Positions 63,271-64,000 of a stretch of 64,000 nucleotides of DNA are shown here, in pieces; position 1 is the stretch's first letter, and every line of letters starts with the position of its first letter. The translations under genes and the position numbers were made by a program. This stretch comes from Octopus bimaculoides. Taxonomy: Eukaryota. The stretch lies in the NCBI RefSeq assembly GCF_001194135.2, contig NC_069007.1, forward strand, positions 6,123,116 to 6,187,115, in the 5' to 3' direction. The notes under the pieces were generated by a model. The model was not told where the DNA came from, searched no databases, and worked only from the letters and a program-made list of their open reading frames with translations.

Positions 63271-64000
63271 CAAATACAAATGATGCGAATGCAAAAAATA
63301 TTCAAGAAATAAATGGAAAAATCATTGGAAGCCGAGAGCAAGTAACTAGCCAGAAATTACTTTACTTATCTCAGACATCATTAAGGTCAGGTATTTCACC
63401 TTTTAACACTCAAAACCACCGAAACTGTGAAGAATACATCTTGACACAAACAGACTATTACTGGCATAAATTCATTAACCTGGTACAAGTTTGGCAGCTG
63501 GGAATTAGAAACGAAAGTGCCAACAAGCCATTGTTTTGAATAAAAGTGAATAAATTGAGTGTTTCTTTCTTAATCATATAAATTATGCATTAATAAAGTA
63601 TATATTTTAGTCTCATTATCAGGGAAGTGACCCTGCTTATCTTTGTTGATGTAATTATCAACTGAATGATTCCGTGCACTCAGCTACGAAAATGTTCTGT
63701 TTATTTCATGACATTATATTTTTACAGCAACATGATATATATATATTTTATTATATGTATTTATTTTCTCTTAGTTAACAATTAGCTCCGACAAAATAAA
63801 TTGGTTAATCGATACCAGGGTAGCAAAGATCACAAAATGACGTGGTGTAACTCCTGTTTATGAGGTAGAAACTCCCTGTTATTTTGGGTATTATATATAT
63901 ATGTACATATATATAGAGAGAGAGATAGATATGTCCATTCAATTTCTTGAGTAAGTTGAGTGTCTGCCATTATTATTTTCTGAAACAATGATTATACGGA

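Overview
AT-rich, repeat-saturated eukaryotic scaffold with many N gaps and (TA)n/(CA)n/(CAT)n/(AAT)n microsatellites. The SINE families look octopod/coleoid cephalopod; that is my inference from recall, not a database result. I found no host protein-coding exon that I can support, so this is probably an intergenic region or a very large intron. Most ORF-track entries are microsatellite or N-gap translations. Recognisable content: (i) several SINE/SINE-like families, given working labels A, B, C, D and F; (ii) decayed Tc1/mariner elements (DD34D mariner, DD37D maT, DD41D rosa); (iii) an internally deleted Helitron, a Gypsy LTR-PBS-gag relic and a hAT-like non-autonomous element; (iv) RTE, R4/Dong and Penelope-like (PLE) fragments; (v) TTAA-type MITE arrays and several long foldback hairpins. 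The main unexpected signal is about ten minimal type-I hammerhead-ribozyme (HHR) motifs from several unrelated sequence families. They include two compensated U3-A8 core variants and a tRNA-headed SINE whose tail carries an HHR. That SINE is inserted as a spacer-less head-to-head dimer, with a single 13-bp TSD, into the GIY-YIG motif of a Penelope relic that holds two further HHR-bearing insertions. All structures were read by eye and none was computed; many element boundaries are approximate (about 10-30 bp).
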